From NCBI GenBank assembly GCA_918797485.1, contig CAKKNE010000003.1:4216001-4280000 (forward strand): a stretch of DNA of 64,000 nt. The letters run 5' to 3'. The position numbers and the translations under genes were made by a program. Origin of the DNA: Pelagomonas calceolata (Eukaryota). Of this stretch, positions 23,538 through 34,221 are shown one piece after another. Each line of letters begins with the position of its first letter. Position 1 is the first letter of the stretch. The notes beneath the pieces are model-generated. The model was given only the letters and a program-made list of their open reading frames with translations. It did not search any database and was not told the origin of the DNA.

Positions 23538-24217
23538 TTAACGGTAGGCGTGCGCCACGTACGAGAGGAGGCCGACGTACAGGGTCCCCGCGGCGCCGGA
23601 CCACACCGTTCGCAAATGCGGCGCGATGGAGAAGGTCACGACGTTGGCCGGGATCCAGAACGCCCAGGTCATCGGCAGCTGGACGACGGCCTCCGCCCGG
23701 TACCTCTCCGCGGCGCTCCTCATCTCGTTGCCTTCGCACACCGCCTCCCAGGCGTAGAAGCACGGGAAATAGAGGCACGGCGTGATTATAATATTGTCGG
23801 CGGCCGTCGCCTTCAGCACGTTGCGGAAGCAGTTCCGCGGCCACCTGCGTGGAAATCAACGAGTGTCGGATGCCCCGCGCTGGCTCCGTCGAGCGGTGAG
23901 GAACCGACACCGCCACGCTATCGAGCAGGCGTCGCGTCGATGGCGTGGAGGTCGACGCGGCGAACGTGCCGTAAATTTGATTTCCACACGGGCGGCCACC
24001 ACCGGGCGAAGAGGTGCGAATATACATAACGGTCGAGCGCGAACGCGACGCCCGTGCTCCAGGCCATGAACGTCGCGCAGCGGCGCGCGTCCCACGGCGC
24101 GTCCTCGGCGTGCTGCGCGCAGGCGTCGCCCGCGGCGCCGCGCGCCATCGCCGCGGCGACTGTCGTCGCGTTCGGCCGGCGCTCGATGAACGCCGACGCG
24201 GCGCGGGCGAGCGACAT
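23538..24217 (-). CDS. Mpv17/PMP22-family membrane protein, 2 exons
   Basis: GDACAQ, WD.RR, FWIPANVVTF...P.LR motifs; intron 23845-23999 restores FARWWPRNCF. Confidence 0.85.
23845..23999 (-). mobile_element. Introner family A intron (element 23845-23991 plus perfect 8-bp TSD)
   Basis: TIRs CTGCGTGGAAATCAA / TTGATTTCCACACGG; GCGGCCAC at 23837-23844 and 23992-23999. Confidence 0.92.
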
Positions 24218-24219
24218 GC

Positions 24220-24414
24220 TTACCGCTTGACGCGCACCTCGCGGAAGCACTTCTTCAGCGCGCTGAACTCGCGCTCGCAGCAGCCTTGCTCAAGCGCGCC
24301 GGCGTCGATGGCGGCTTTTATGCACGCGCCGTAGGCGGTGATCGCTTGCGGGCAGTGCGCAAGCATTTTTGCGTAGTACTCGCCGAGCTTCGGGAACTGG
24401 CGCTTGCCGCTCAT
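24220..24414 (-). CDS. Twin CX9C protein, NDUFAF8-like
   Basis: CPQAITAYGAC...CEREFSALKKCF matches the NDUFAF8-type twin CX9C pattern; ATG at 24414. Confidence 0.75.
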   Translation of the reverse strand: MSGKRQFPKLGEYYAKMLAHCPQAITAYGACIKAAIDAGALEQGCCEREFSALKKCFREVRVKR

Positions 24415-24644
24415 CTGGTTGTTCGTCGGTGGTGTCAGTGGCGTCAGCGAAGTGGTCCAGACGCGTCCGTCAGTGGTGTGTGTCAGCGAGGGGGGTAGGG
24501 GGGTTTGCTGCAAAAGCTGGCACGACAGGAACCGATGTCTTTTCTCAGCGCAGCGCGGTAGCACGGCAGGCCTATGACTGCTGGCTGCTACTTGGGCGCG
24601 CTGACGGCTTAGTTTGACGGCTTTTGGCGGCGGTGGCAACGCTG

Positions 24645-24666
24645 CTAGCGCCCTGTAAGGCACTAG
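24645..24666 (+). promoter_or_regulatory. CTAG-box copy
   Basis: CTAGCGCCCTGTAAGGCACTAG between divergent genes. Confidence 0.7.
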
Positions 24667-24835
24667 CAATCACGCCGCCGCGCGGCAACAAAAGACGCGT
24701 TACGCAAGCGATTAACATCTCTTAACGCGCGGCGCGCTTGCTTTTTGCCAGCACGCAGCGCGCAGCCGTGCAGTGCGCACGAGTTTGCTCCGCCAAGCCG
24801 TAGGACACCCGCGCCGCCGCGGCGCGCAACAACCG

Positions 24836-25297
24836 ATGTCCGGCCTCGTCGCCAACTACGAGTCCGGCGAGGAGCCCTCGCCGACGGCGCCCCCTCAAAA
24901 TGACGAAGAGTACGACCCGCTCGCCGCCGCGGCGGAGGCCGCCGGCGACGACGAGTACCGGGGCTATCCGCCCGACAGCGGCGACGGCGAGCCGCCCGTG
25001 AAGCAGGCGCGCGAGGAAGAACAAAACGACGACGCCGAGGCGCACGCGGCCTTGGTAGCGAGACTGAAGGACTACGTCGCGCGCGGCTTGGATCCTACTG
25101 AAGAAATTCGGAGGAACCGCGACTTCCACAACCCGATGTTACTGGAGAAGATCGTGAGATATTTTGACATCGACGACATCGCGTCGCAGTTTCCCAAGCA
25201 TTTGTTCGATCCGGAGGCGATCGCGAATCGAAGGTCGAAGGACAAGAAGAAATCGCAAAGTTCGCCGCGCGCGGCCGAGGCGGCGCCGCCCGCATAA
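24836..25297 (+). CDS. SAP30BP/HCNGP-like protein
   Basis: IRRNRDFHNPMLLEKIVRYFDIDDIASQFPKHLFDP HCNGP signature; N-terminal LVANYES. Confidence 0.85.
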   Translation: MSGLVANYESGEEPSPTAPPQNDEEYDPLAAAAEAAGDDEYRGYPPDSGDGEPPVKQAREEEQNDDAEAHAALVARLKDYVARGLDPTEEIRRNRDFHNPMLLEKIVRYFDIDDIASQFPKHLFDPEAIANRRSKDKKKSQSSPRAAEAAPPA

Positions 25298-25378
25298 CTA
25301 TGCTTCCTTAGAGGTCGCCGTAAGGCTGAGGCTGAGGCTAGTTACGTCGCAGGGTTCCCCGTACCCCTCCCGCTCCTT

Positions 25379-25575
25379 GTCGATGTTACGGTGCTAGGAC
25401 TAGTGGGCGGAGCCCCTGGGGGGGAGACACCGCGCGTCGCCGATTCATCGGCGGCGGGCGCGGGCCGCTTCTTTCATAACAGCGTACCTCCTTCTAAGCA
25501 GAACCGCCTCGGCAAACCCCCCCGAACAATGTGCAACGTTCGCCCGTTCAATCAACTTGTCCCGCGACTTCCCGC
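25379..25575 (-). mobile_element. 5'-truncated retroelement-like repeat, copy 1 (197 bp, identical to 47724-47920)
   Basis: Identical by eye to 47724-47920; flanking TCCCGCTCC at 25368 and 25570 (TSD or microhomology). Confidence 0.75.
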
Positions 25576-25590
25576 TCCCCCCGGGCCGGG

Positions 25591-25612
25591 CTAGTGTCTC
25601 ACAGGACGCTAG
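25591..25612 (-). promoter_or_regulatory. CTAG-box copy
   Basis: Minus strand CTAGCGTCCTGTGAGACACTAG, about 158 bp upstream of ATG 25770. Confidence 0.65.
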
Positions 25613-25769
25613 CTAATTATTGGCAAGCACGTGTGCGAGAGCATCCGGCGCGGTGCAAAATCGCTATTGCAACGGGCCCAAAAATTCCCGCTCAGGAACA
25701 CCATCGGCCGGCGTGCAAGCGGGCGCCGCAGCACTCGCAGTCCTTATTCGCCTCAACTGCACCAGCACC

Positions 25770-26973
25770 ATGCTCTCCCGGTCAGCCCTCGTGCTCGCGA
25801 CGGTAGCAGCGCTGCAGCGACCCGCGCACAGAACCCGAAGCACGCGGCTCCGCGCGACGACTGCATCTAGTAAAGACGCCGACGTCGTCGTCGTCACCCA
25901 CGCCGCAGGAAGGATGGGCGCGTCGTTGTGTGCTCAATTGCACGAGGCGCTGACGCAGCGTGAAAAATGAGCTTCAACATGACGTGATCTCGTCTTCATG
26001 ATCGCACGAGATCCGTGCCACACAGGCCTGGACGCGCGAGGGGTCGCCCGCCTGGGCCCAGCACGACAACCTTGTGATACGAGCCGTCGTGCGCGACGAG
26101 AACGAGGCCACCCGTTTAAAAATTGACCTTGGTGGTTGTGTCATCAAAGATAAGAAAGCGCAGCCGCTCGTCGACACGTCGGCCTGGTTGGATGTGACGG
26201 TGGTGGAGGAGGGTCCCAACGAAGCAAAAGGGCTCGGAGACGCTTTAAAAGGCGCGTCGACGTGCGTCTTGTGCGCCGCGGCTCACGCGGGATTTGAGTC
26301 CGTCTCTGGCAGCGACGTGCCGGCCGTCGTGCCCGGGTCGCTGGCGCGCGCGCGCGCGGAGTCGTCGTTCAGTCATGTGGCGGGCATTAATGTCAGGGTG
26401 CCTAGGAACGAGGCCGAAAGCGCGGCGCGGCGGTTGTTAGCGGAGATCGATGCTGTTAGTATCGAGTCCAAGGATGCTTCTACGAATTTGAGGCATGTGA
26501 TCCTCCGGTCGTCGATGGGCGTCTCGACCCTAGAGAGCGTGAAAGGTGCTACTTCCGTCAAAGATGCAGATGTCTTGGCCCTCGCACGCATGGGCGGCGA
26601 GGAAAGTATAAGAGCCATCTCCAGGGCGGAGGATGCTCTACAAGAAGCCTGCGGCGACAGCGTGGGGACGACGATTGTGCGGTTGGGTGCCCTGACGGAC
26701 GATGCGGGCGGCGTGCCCCTCGCGTTCGGCACTCGCGACTCGTTGTTGCGGGAGTTGGTCAACGAGAGCGCCGAGCCGCCACTCGTCTCAAGGAACGACG
26801 CCGCCCGCTTATTAGGCGAGGTCGTGCGAAGGGGGCTCCCCGCGCTCGACCATCAGATCTTCGACGCCGCGTGGAGCCCGAAGTTTGGGGTCGTGAGCGC
26901 GGGCACGCCGGAGACGGCGGCGACGGCGGCGCGCCAGGACGTCGTACAGGAGGCGGCGAAGGTGCTGGCGTAA
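25770..26973 (+). CDS. NAD(P)-binding Rossmann-fold (NmrA-like) protein, plastid-type leader, 2 exons
   Basis: VVVTHAAGRMG, IRAVVRD, TIVRLGALTD, VSRNDAA; GC-AG intron 25947-26025 joins the two frames. Confidence 0.75.
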
Positions 26974-27431
26974 GTAAGGTATCGTAGTGCGCCCGGCGGT
27001 CGCGTCCGCGTCAGCTCCGCGCGCGGTGGGTCGCGCGGTTTCGTACGTCTCCTCTTTACCTTCCAACTCCTGGGAGGAGTGGAAGGTAGCGTGGAAGGCG
27101 CGCGATAGAGTACAGCCCAATGTACTCAATGCATCAGCCACCAAAGCAAAATTGGCACAGCTCACGGCGCGCGTGTCTGGGGCTCTCCAGCGGTTGAGCG
27201 ATCACGCGGAAGACCTCGACTCGACGAATAGCCGTGACACGCGAGGCTTGCGTTGGTGAAACTGCAACGCTTGTGCGCCAGCAACGCCAGGCCATCTTTC
27301 CTAAATCGCCGTAGCCGCGGCGGCCAGGGTTCTCAGGCTCGCGTACCCGCCGCGACGGACCGGACGAGCGCGCCCGTCACCGCTCTTTGCGCGCATCGCT
27401 CGCCGCGGCGGCGCGGAAGACGCCGCTCGCC

Positions 27432-30400
27432 ATGGCGCGCCTCGTCCTATACGCGCTCGCTGCGCTCGCGACACGGGCCTACGACTGGACGACCCCGGGC
27501 GACGCGCTGACGCCGTTCGACTGCGACGCGTACCCGAACCCGATCCAAGTTTTTAAAGCGGACAATCAAAACCCGCCGTACAACGTGTCGGAGCTCGACC
27601 TCGCCACGGGCAAGTACAACAAGATCTGCGACTTCCCGCAGAAGAACGCCGGCGTCAACGGCTTCGCGCTCATGCAGTACCCCGACGGCGGGCCGCAGCC
27701 CGCGCTCAAGGACAACGTCTACTCGTTCGTCTGCCGCGGCAAGAAGCTCGAGCGCTTCGACTGCGCGAGCGTCTCCGAGCTCGACGGCACGCTCATCGCG
27801 CAGAAGGAGGGCACGACCTCCTTCTGCAACGCGGCGACGTTCGTGGGGACGACGTACTACTACACGAACGGCCTGCGGGGCAAGGACAACCAGATCTACC
27901 GCGTCACGGCCATGGAGACGGACGCCCCCGACTTCAAGCCGCGCGGCGACGCCCAGTTCAACGTCTCCGACTCAGTGTTGCGGGGCGCCGAGAACGACAT
28001 CACGTCGCTCGAGGAGGCGACCACGGGCGCGTTCGCCGAACTCATCAACGACGGCCTGCCCGGCCGCAAGTACGTCGTCGGCCTCGCCGCGAACCCGAAC
28101 TTCAAGGGCGGCAACGTGGAGCTCTTCGTCGCGCGCCTCGAGGAGGAAAAAGACGCAGCGGGAAACATTATTAATCCGTACGGCGCGCCGGAGGCCTACG
28201 CCGTCCCCTACTGTGTAGAATTCAACCAGTGCGTCGTAGAGTCTCGTGACATTTGATTTCTACACAGGTCCTCTACACGAAGTGCGTGAATGTGGACTGG
28301 TCCGGCCGGCCCGGGGGCGTCCCTTCGGCGAACGGCTGCATCCAGAGCACCTTCGGCGCGGCCTACACGTACGACGAAGGGACGTCGTCGTCTTCGTCAA
28401 TCACGCAGCCGCCGCGCCTCTTCTTCAGCAACAACGCCGGGTTGGGCCTCTTCGAGGTCATCATCCCGGCCGGTGGTGTCCTGTGTGGAAATCAACCGTG
28501 AGTTACGTGGGGCGCCTGGAAATGGATTCCACACAGGTGGCATCCCCCTGCCCGAGGGCCGCGACGGCTGCTGGAACAGCGGCGACCCTAGCGTCCCGGG
28601 CAACACCCACGTCTCGTGCGGGGAGGGCGGCACCGCCCAGACAGGCCTCTCCTTCTCCCTTAAATGGGTCGCGCAGTCGGCGGAGACGAGCAACAACGAC
28701 GGCAGCGCGTGCCCGGGCATCGCGGCGCCGGTCTTCCCCTCGATGGCGCCGACGATGACGCCCGCGCCGACGCAACAGCCGACGATCGGGTTCTGGAGCG
28801 ACCCCGAGAAGCCCTTCGACTGCGCCGCGCACCCGAACCCGATCCAGGTCTATGGAGCGCAGGCGCCGCCGCCGGCGTTCAACACCGAAGAATTGGACCT
28901 CGGGACCGGCGATTACGTGGTTATTGATGATTTCTCGCCCGTCCCGCCGACGGCGCTCTCCCCACCGGAAAACGTGAACGGCTTCGCCCTGATGCTCAAC
29001 CCCGACAACGGTAAGACGTACGCCTTCATCTGCGTCTTCGACGAGCTCAAATTAGTAAGATTTGACGGCACGCGGTCCACGGACGTGCCGCCGGGCGCCG
29101 GCTCGCTCACGGGCCAGCGGATCAACCCGGCGGATTCGGGGCAGAAGGTCAACGCCGCGGCCTTCATCAAGACGACGTACTACTACACGTCGCGCCTTCA
29201 AAGGAATGGCAAAGGCGACACGTACAACGCCATCTTTTACGTGTCAGACGTGCACACGGACACACCGTCGTATTTCGGCCCTTCCACCAGAAGGTTTTCG
29301 GTCAAGGAGGGGCTCCTTTCCGGAAGCGTGTCCGACATCACGAACCTCGAGGAGGAGCCGGGCCAGGTGATTATTAATGACGGCTGCGACGGGTGCTCGT
29401 ACCTCGTGGGGCTGGCCGCGGGGACGGCCACGACGCCGCCCGAGGTCTTCCTCGCGCGCATCGAGCAGGGCGGCCTCGTCCCCGAGTACTACGCCGTCCT
29501 CGAGGCCGCGTCCTGTGATGTCTACGTCGACAACCCTTCCGGACCGGGCTGCATCGCCGGCGACTACGGCGCCGCGTACACGTACGGCGGCGGCGGCGTG
29601 CCGCAGCAGGTGTTCTTCACGAACAACCTCGGCGAGGGCCTCTTCGAAGTCACGGCGCCGCCCGGGGGCATCGACGTGCCCGCCACGTGCTGGAACATTG
29701 GGATTAACGGCGTGGGCACCGAGGCCGACCCGGCCGCGCCCCACACGCGGTGCGCCACCGTCTCATTTTCATTGACGTGGAAGGCCGCGTCCGCGGCGAC
29801 GAATCAGAACGACGGCTCGGCGTGTCCGGGCCTCCCCGCGCCCGTCTTCCCGACGCCCGCGCCTTCATCAAGTCCCACGGCCGCGCCTTCATCAAAGCCG
29901 ACGGCCGCGCCCTCGCCTGGACCCACGGCGCGCCCGACGCCGGCGCCGACGGTCACACCCACCGCGAAACCGTCCCCGGCGCCGACGGCCGCTCCTTCGC
30001 CCGGACCCACGGCGCGCCCGACGCCGGCGCCGACGGCCGCTCCTTCGCCCGGACCCACGGCGCGCCCGACGCCGGCGCCGACGGTCGCACCCACCGCGAA
30101 ACCGTCCCCGGCGCCGACGGCCGCTCCTTCGCCCGGACCCACGGCGCGCCCGACGCCGGCGCCGACGGTCGCACCCACCGCGAAACCGTCCCCGGCGCCG
30201 ACGGTCGGGCCTACGACGCCCGGGCCGACGCCTGGACCCACAGTTCGCCCGACGCCCAGCCCTTCGACGCCGACGGCCACGGCAGACCCGACGGCCACGC
30301 CGACGACGCCGGCGCCCACGACGCCGATGCCGTCGCCAGGCCCGACGCCGGCGCCCACGACGCCGATGCCCTCCCCGGGCCCGACGGCCGCGCCGACGAC

Positions 30401-31777
30401 GCCGCAGCCGTCGCCGGGGCCGACGGCAACGCCGACGGCGGCTCCGACGGCCGCTCCCTCGGCCGGGCCGACGGCGGCGCCGACGGCAACGCCGACAGGA
30501 GTGCCGTCGTCCGCACCGACGGCAACGCCGACGGCCGCTCCGACGGCCGCGCCCACGGCAGTGCCGACGGCAGCGCCGACGATCGCGCCCACGGGAGTGC
30601 CGACGGCCGCTCCCTCGGCCGGGCCGACGGCGGCGCCGACGGCAACGCCGACAGGAGTGCCGTCGTCCGCGCCCACGGCAACGCCGACGGCCGCTCCGAC
30701 GGCCGCGCCCACGGCAGTGCCGACGGCAGCGCCGACGATCGCGCCCACGGGAGTGCCGACGGCCGCTCCCTCGGCCGGGCCTTCATCAATCCCGACGCTC
30801 GCGCCCACGGGCGTGCCGACGGTGCCCCCCACGGCCGGGCCGTCTGCTGTCCCTACTCTGGAGCCCACGGCGACGCACGCACCGACCCGCACGGAGACTT
30901 ACGCGCCGACGAGGATAACGGAAGCGCCATCCTACGCGCCGACGTCGGACACGTACGCGCCGTCGACGTCGCCGACGGTCACAGCCTGTGTGGAAATCAA
31001 AATTTTACGGCGCGTTCGGTGCTGCATCATCGCGTCGTCCTCTACGCCATCGACGCGACGCCTGCTCGATGGCGTGGCGATGCCGGTTCCTCGCCGCTCG
31101 ACCAAGCCAGGACGGCCGCGTCATCGCCGAGCACCCGACGCACTGGTTGATTTCCACAGGTCACAGCGTCGCCGACGAACCGCATTTTCCGCGCGACCGA
31201 CGCCACGATCTGCACGGCCCGCGACGTCTGGCTCGCGAACCGAGATCTGGCCCTACAGGCGTACGGCCCCATCGCGACCTGGGACACGTCCCGCGTCACG
31301 ACGATGAGCTGCCTCTTCACGCCGTACACCCAGTGCAAGAACGGGGCCGACACGTCCAAGTGCAGCATCAACCGCAGCGCGGGCCAGTTCAACGACGATA
31401 TTGGAGCGTGGGACACGTCGTCTGTCACAAACATGTTCGGCATGTTTGGCGATAATTCCCAGTTCAACCAGGACATCAGCGGCTGGGACACGGCGCGCGT
31501 CACGACGATGGCGGGCATGTTCTACTCCGCGCGCAAGTTCAACCAGCCGCTGCAGAGCTGGGACGTGTCGGGCCTGACAGGGTTCATCCAAGGACAGGCG
31601 CCGGGCCCCGGGCTCTACGAGATGTTCACGAGGGCCACGGCCTTCGACCAGAATCTGGGCTGGTGCGTCTCGGAAGCCGTCAACCCGCAGCAGCCGTCCC
31701 TGACGTTCTCCGGCACGGTCTGCGGGTCGTACGACTGCGGCGTCCGGACTGTGGCGAACCCGGCCACGGACTGCTAG
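27432..31777 (+). CDS. Secreted/surface protein: two tandem propeller-like domains, long PT stalk and C-terminal DUF285 block; 4 exons
   Basis: Signal peptide; duplicated PFDC.A.PNPIQV...NDGSACPG domain; introns 28203-28267, 28473-28536 and 30978-31159 give one continuous frame. Confidence 0.85.
28203..28267 (+). mobile_element. Miniature introner family A intron (57-bp element plus 8-bp TSD)
   Basis: CTGTGTAGAATTCAA...TTGATTTCTACACAG; TSD GTCCCCTA/GTCCTCTA. Confidence 0.88.
28473..28536 (+). mobile_element. Miniature introner family A intron (56-bp element plus 8-bp TSD)
   Basis: CTGTGTGGAAATCAA...TGGATTCCACACAG; TSD GTGGTGTC/GTGGCATC. Confidence 0.88.
29850..30980 (+). repeat. Coding Pro/Thr-rich tandem repeats (PTxxP stalk)
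   Basis: 12-bp-based CCGACG repeats with higher-order duplications. Confidence 0.9.
30978..31159 (+). mobile_element. Introner family A intron (element 30986-31159 plus perfect 8-bp TSD)
   Basis: Highly similar to 7522-7722; TSD GTCACAGC at 30978 and 31160. Confidence 0.92.
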
Positions 31778-31799
31778 GTCCTCCGCGCGCGCGCGCGCT

Positions 31800-31866
31800 T
31801 TATCTATCCCTCCCCATCCCTCTCCCTCTCCCCGTCCCCGTCCCGCCCGCCCTTCCCTCCTTCCCT
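31800..31866 (+). repeat. Pyrimidine-rich low-complexity tract
   Basis: CCCTCT/CCCCGT-like units downstream of the stop codon. Confidence 0.6.
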
Positions 31867-31959
31867 TAGATAAACCTCGTCGGGTATCGAAAGCGTCTTG
31901 GTTGGTCCCGTGAATACTTTGCGGCAAAGCCAAGGCTCTGTTCTCACATCCCTCCCGTT

Positions 31960-32095
31960 TGCTAGTGTCTTATTACAGGCCGCTAGCCCACGCGGGATTA
32001 AAAGCCGACGTTTCATCGTCGACGCGGCGCTCGCGGCCAGACGTGTCTGCGCGTGGCGTAATATAGGCCGAGTTGTTCGCCGCGCACCGCCGCGC
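31960..32095 (+). repeat. About 135-bp direct repeat, copy 1 (starts with a CTAG-box at 31962-31986 carrying a TTA duplication)
   Basis: Aligns to 36392-36527, e.g. shared GGCGCTCGCGGCCAGACGTGTCTGCGCG and AGGCCGAGTTGTTCGCCG. Confidence 0.85.
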
Positions 32096-32184
32096 GCGCG
32101 GAGAAGGCGGCCGCCGCCCGCATTGAATGGTTTAACTTACTTAGTCACAAGTCGAGCGGACACGACGAACGAAGGCGCCACTCT

Positions 32185-33957
32185 TCACGCGAAATCAAAT
32201 CCCCAGCGCTCCAGCTCGTCGTCCATCTCGTCCTCGCGCGCCCTCCGATCACCGAAGTCGCCGAGAGAAATACACATTCGGAATCCACAACCCTCCTTCT
32301 TGCAAGCGAGACTTTTTTGACTGTTGCGCATGACGACGTCGTGGATCTCTTTGAACGGGAACCAGTAGCGCGCCCGGCAATTCCCCCGCGGGCACTGCAG
32401 TGCCAGGACACCACGTGGCGGCGTGCCGCGATGTGGCGCCACGTCCCACAGCACCGAACCGTTCCGCGGATTTATTGATTTCCCGAGCTGCTTCGCGGCA
32501 TCACTCTCGGCGTTCGCGAGCTGCACGGACACGCGTCGCCGCAGCGCCTCCTGCTCCGCCTCCTCCTCTCGCAGAGGATCGACGTCGTTTCTGATCAAAT
32601 CTGCTAAAGCGGGGCAGAACGTAAGCATCGCGGCGATTCGCGCGCGCGACGCCTCCGCGAACGCGGCCTTCAGTTGCGGGCCCTTGGCCGCCTCCGCCGC
32701 GTAGGCTTCCCGCGCGTCCTTGACGTGCGCCTCCTGTTGATCTAAGTCTGTTCGCGATATCATCTTGGCCTCGGCCTCCTTTTGATCGAGGTCCGCTTTG
32801 AGCGCCTCGAGCTTCGACAGGTGCTCCCCTAACGCGCGTTGGGCTTCGTCCGCGGCCCGATCTAGTATTTCGTTTGCATCCGTAACTCTAATCAACCCCT
32901 GCGGCACAACTAACGTCGGCGCGGCGCGCGGCGCCACGACCTCCGGCGGCGCGGCGAAGCCAAGCGCGTGCTCCGCGGGCCTACCCAGCACCCGCGCGAC
33001 CTTCAGAGCGAAAGCGGCCCCCGCGCCAGAGCCCGCCGCGCTGGGGGCCGTCGTGCCGGAGCCCGCCGCGCCAGTCGTCGACGGCGCCTCGTAACCGGCG
33101 TCGCCCGGCGCTAGACGAGTGAGCTGGGCTTTGGGGATGGCCACCTCGCTCTTGTAGACGCCGGCCAGGGGCAAAAACGGCACGTCGAGCCGCACGCGGG
33201 GGCAGCCGTTACCCGCGAGGCCTCCGAGGACGACGCCGGCGCCGTGAGTCAGCGTGCGGACGCGCGCGCCCGGGACGATGCCGTCTTCGTCGTCACTACT
33301 GCTCGAGGCGGGCTCGGCGGCTTCGAGGGCCTTTTTCAGCTTTGGCGCGTCCTTCTTGCCCCTGATGGTGAGGCCGTGTCGCTCAGCAGCTTTCCGGAGG
33401 CGTGCGAGCGACAGGCGGTGGCCCGTGCTGCTGCCCGCACTTCTAAGCGCCTTCAGCACGATTCTATCGTCGTCACACCAGGCACTCGCCGCGGCCGGGG
33501 CCGCGGCTGGGGCGGCGTCCGCCGCCGGCGCCTCCTCGATGGAGTGATCGCCGTCGTGGTCTCGCGCTTCAGCGTCCTCGGCGCGCAGCCGCCCTTCGCT
33601 CGTCGTCGCGCGGCTCTCCTGGTCTACTAGCATCTGCGACAGCTGGTCGGCGGCCTGGCCCAAGGCACCGGTGAGGCCGCCCTCCGACGAAGTCGTCTCC
33701 GCCGCTCCCGGCGCTTGCGCACCCGGCGCTTGAGCATCTCCTGTTCGGCGCCGCCCGTGTGGCCCCGCGTTCGGAGTTTGGCGTGAAGGCTTTTGAGGGC
33801 TCGTCCGCGGCGTGCGTTGTTGCACATGGCGCGGCGCGTCGCGCAGATCTTCTTCGCCTTGCGTTTGGGCCGCCGCCTGGGCAAGCTGCTTTTTGAGATC
33901 CGCCCGGTCTCGTGCGGCGGCCTCTTGCGAGCCTCCAAGGCCGCCGGGTCTTTCCAT
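32185..33957 (-). CDS. Hypothetical protein with coiled coil and C-terminal CxxxxC...CxxxxC zinc-ribbon-like motif
   Basis: 590-aa ATG ORF; LQCPRGNC...LACKKEGCGF. Confidence 0.7.
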   Translation of the reverse strand: MERPGGLGGSQEAAARDRADLKKQLAQAAAQTQGEEDLRDAPRHVQQRTPRTSPQKPSRQTPNAGPHGRRRTGDAQAPGAQAPGAAETTSSEGGLTGALGQAADQLSQMLVDQESRATTSEGRLRAEDAEARDHDGDHSIEEAPAADAAPAAAPAAASAWCDDDRIVLKALRSAGSSTGHRLSLARLRKAAERHGLTIRGKKDAPKLKKALEAAEPASSSSDDEDGIVPGARVRTLTHGAGVVLGGLAGNGCPRVRLDVPFLPLAGVYKSEVAIPKAQLTRLAPGDAGYEAPSTTGAAGSGTTAPSAAGSGAGAAFALKVARVLGRPAEHALGFAAPPEVVAPRAAPTLVVPQGLIRVTDANEILDRAADEAQRALGEHLSKLEALKADLDQKEAEAKMISRTDLDQQEAHVKDAREAYAAEAAKGPQLKAAFAEASRARIAAMLTFCPALADLIRNDVDPLREEEAEQEALRRRVSVQLANAESDAAKQLGKSINPRNGSVLWDVAPHRGTPPRGVLALQCPRGNCRARYWFPFKEIHDVVMRNSQKSLACKKEGCGFRMCISLGDFGDRRAREDEMDDELERWGFDFA

Positions 33958-34042
33958 CGCTATCTGTCAGGCGTCGCCAAGTCCTTCTTCCAGCGTACGT
34001 GCCCTAGCGGGGGCGTTTTTGCGAGAGAGCAGCTCTCTGGAG

Positions 34043-34064
34043 CTAGCGCCCTGTAAGACACTAG
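34043..34064 (+). promoter_or_regulatory. CTAG-box copy
   Basis: CTAGCGCCCTGTAAGACACTAG between divergent genes. Confidence 0.7.
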
Positions 34065-34221
34065 CAATCTGCCGCGCTGCCCCGCCGGACGCAGCAATAC
34101 CAGCCCTGAAAGCGTAGCAGAGGCCAGAGAACTCCTCATCTATCAGAAATAAATCACTCGAGACGACAGCGGTGCAAGTTTCGCGCGCCGCACCCTCTAC
34201 GGCCTAGGCATCCGGTGCACC

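Noticed and set aside
25379..25575. 197-bp repeat read as a solo LTR (TGTTACG start), Helitron 3' end (hairpin plus CTAG) or ncRNA
   Set aside because: No terminal CA or 4-6 bp TSD; shared sequence extends beyond the CTAG; variable-length copies with longer TSD-like flanks fit 5'-truncated retro-insertion better, though the alternatives are not excluded
29750..31150. Regular repeats resembling a CRISPR array; long antisense VGA-rich ORFs
   Set aside because: Coding PT-stalk repeats with no unique spacers or cas genes; the antisense ORFs are mirror artefacts
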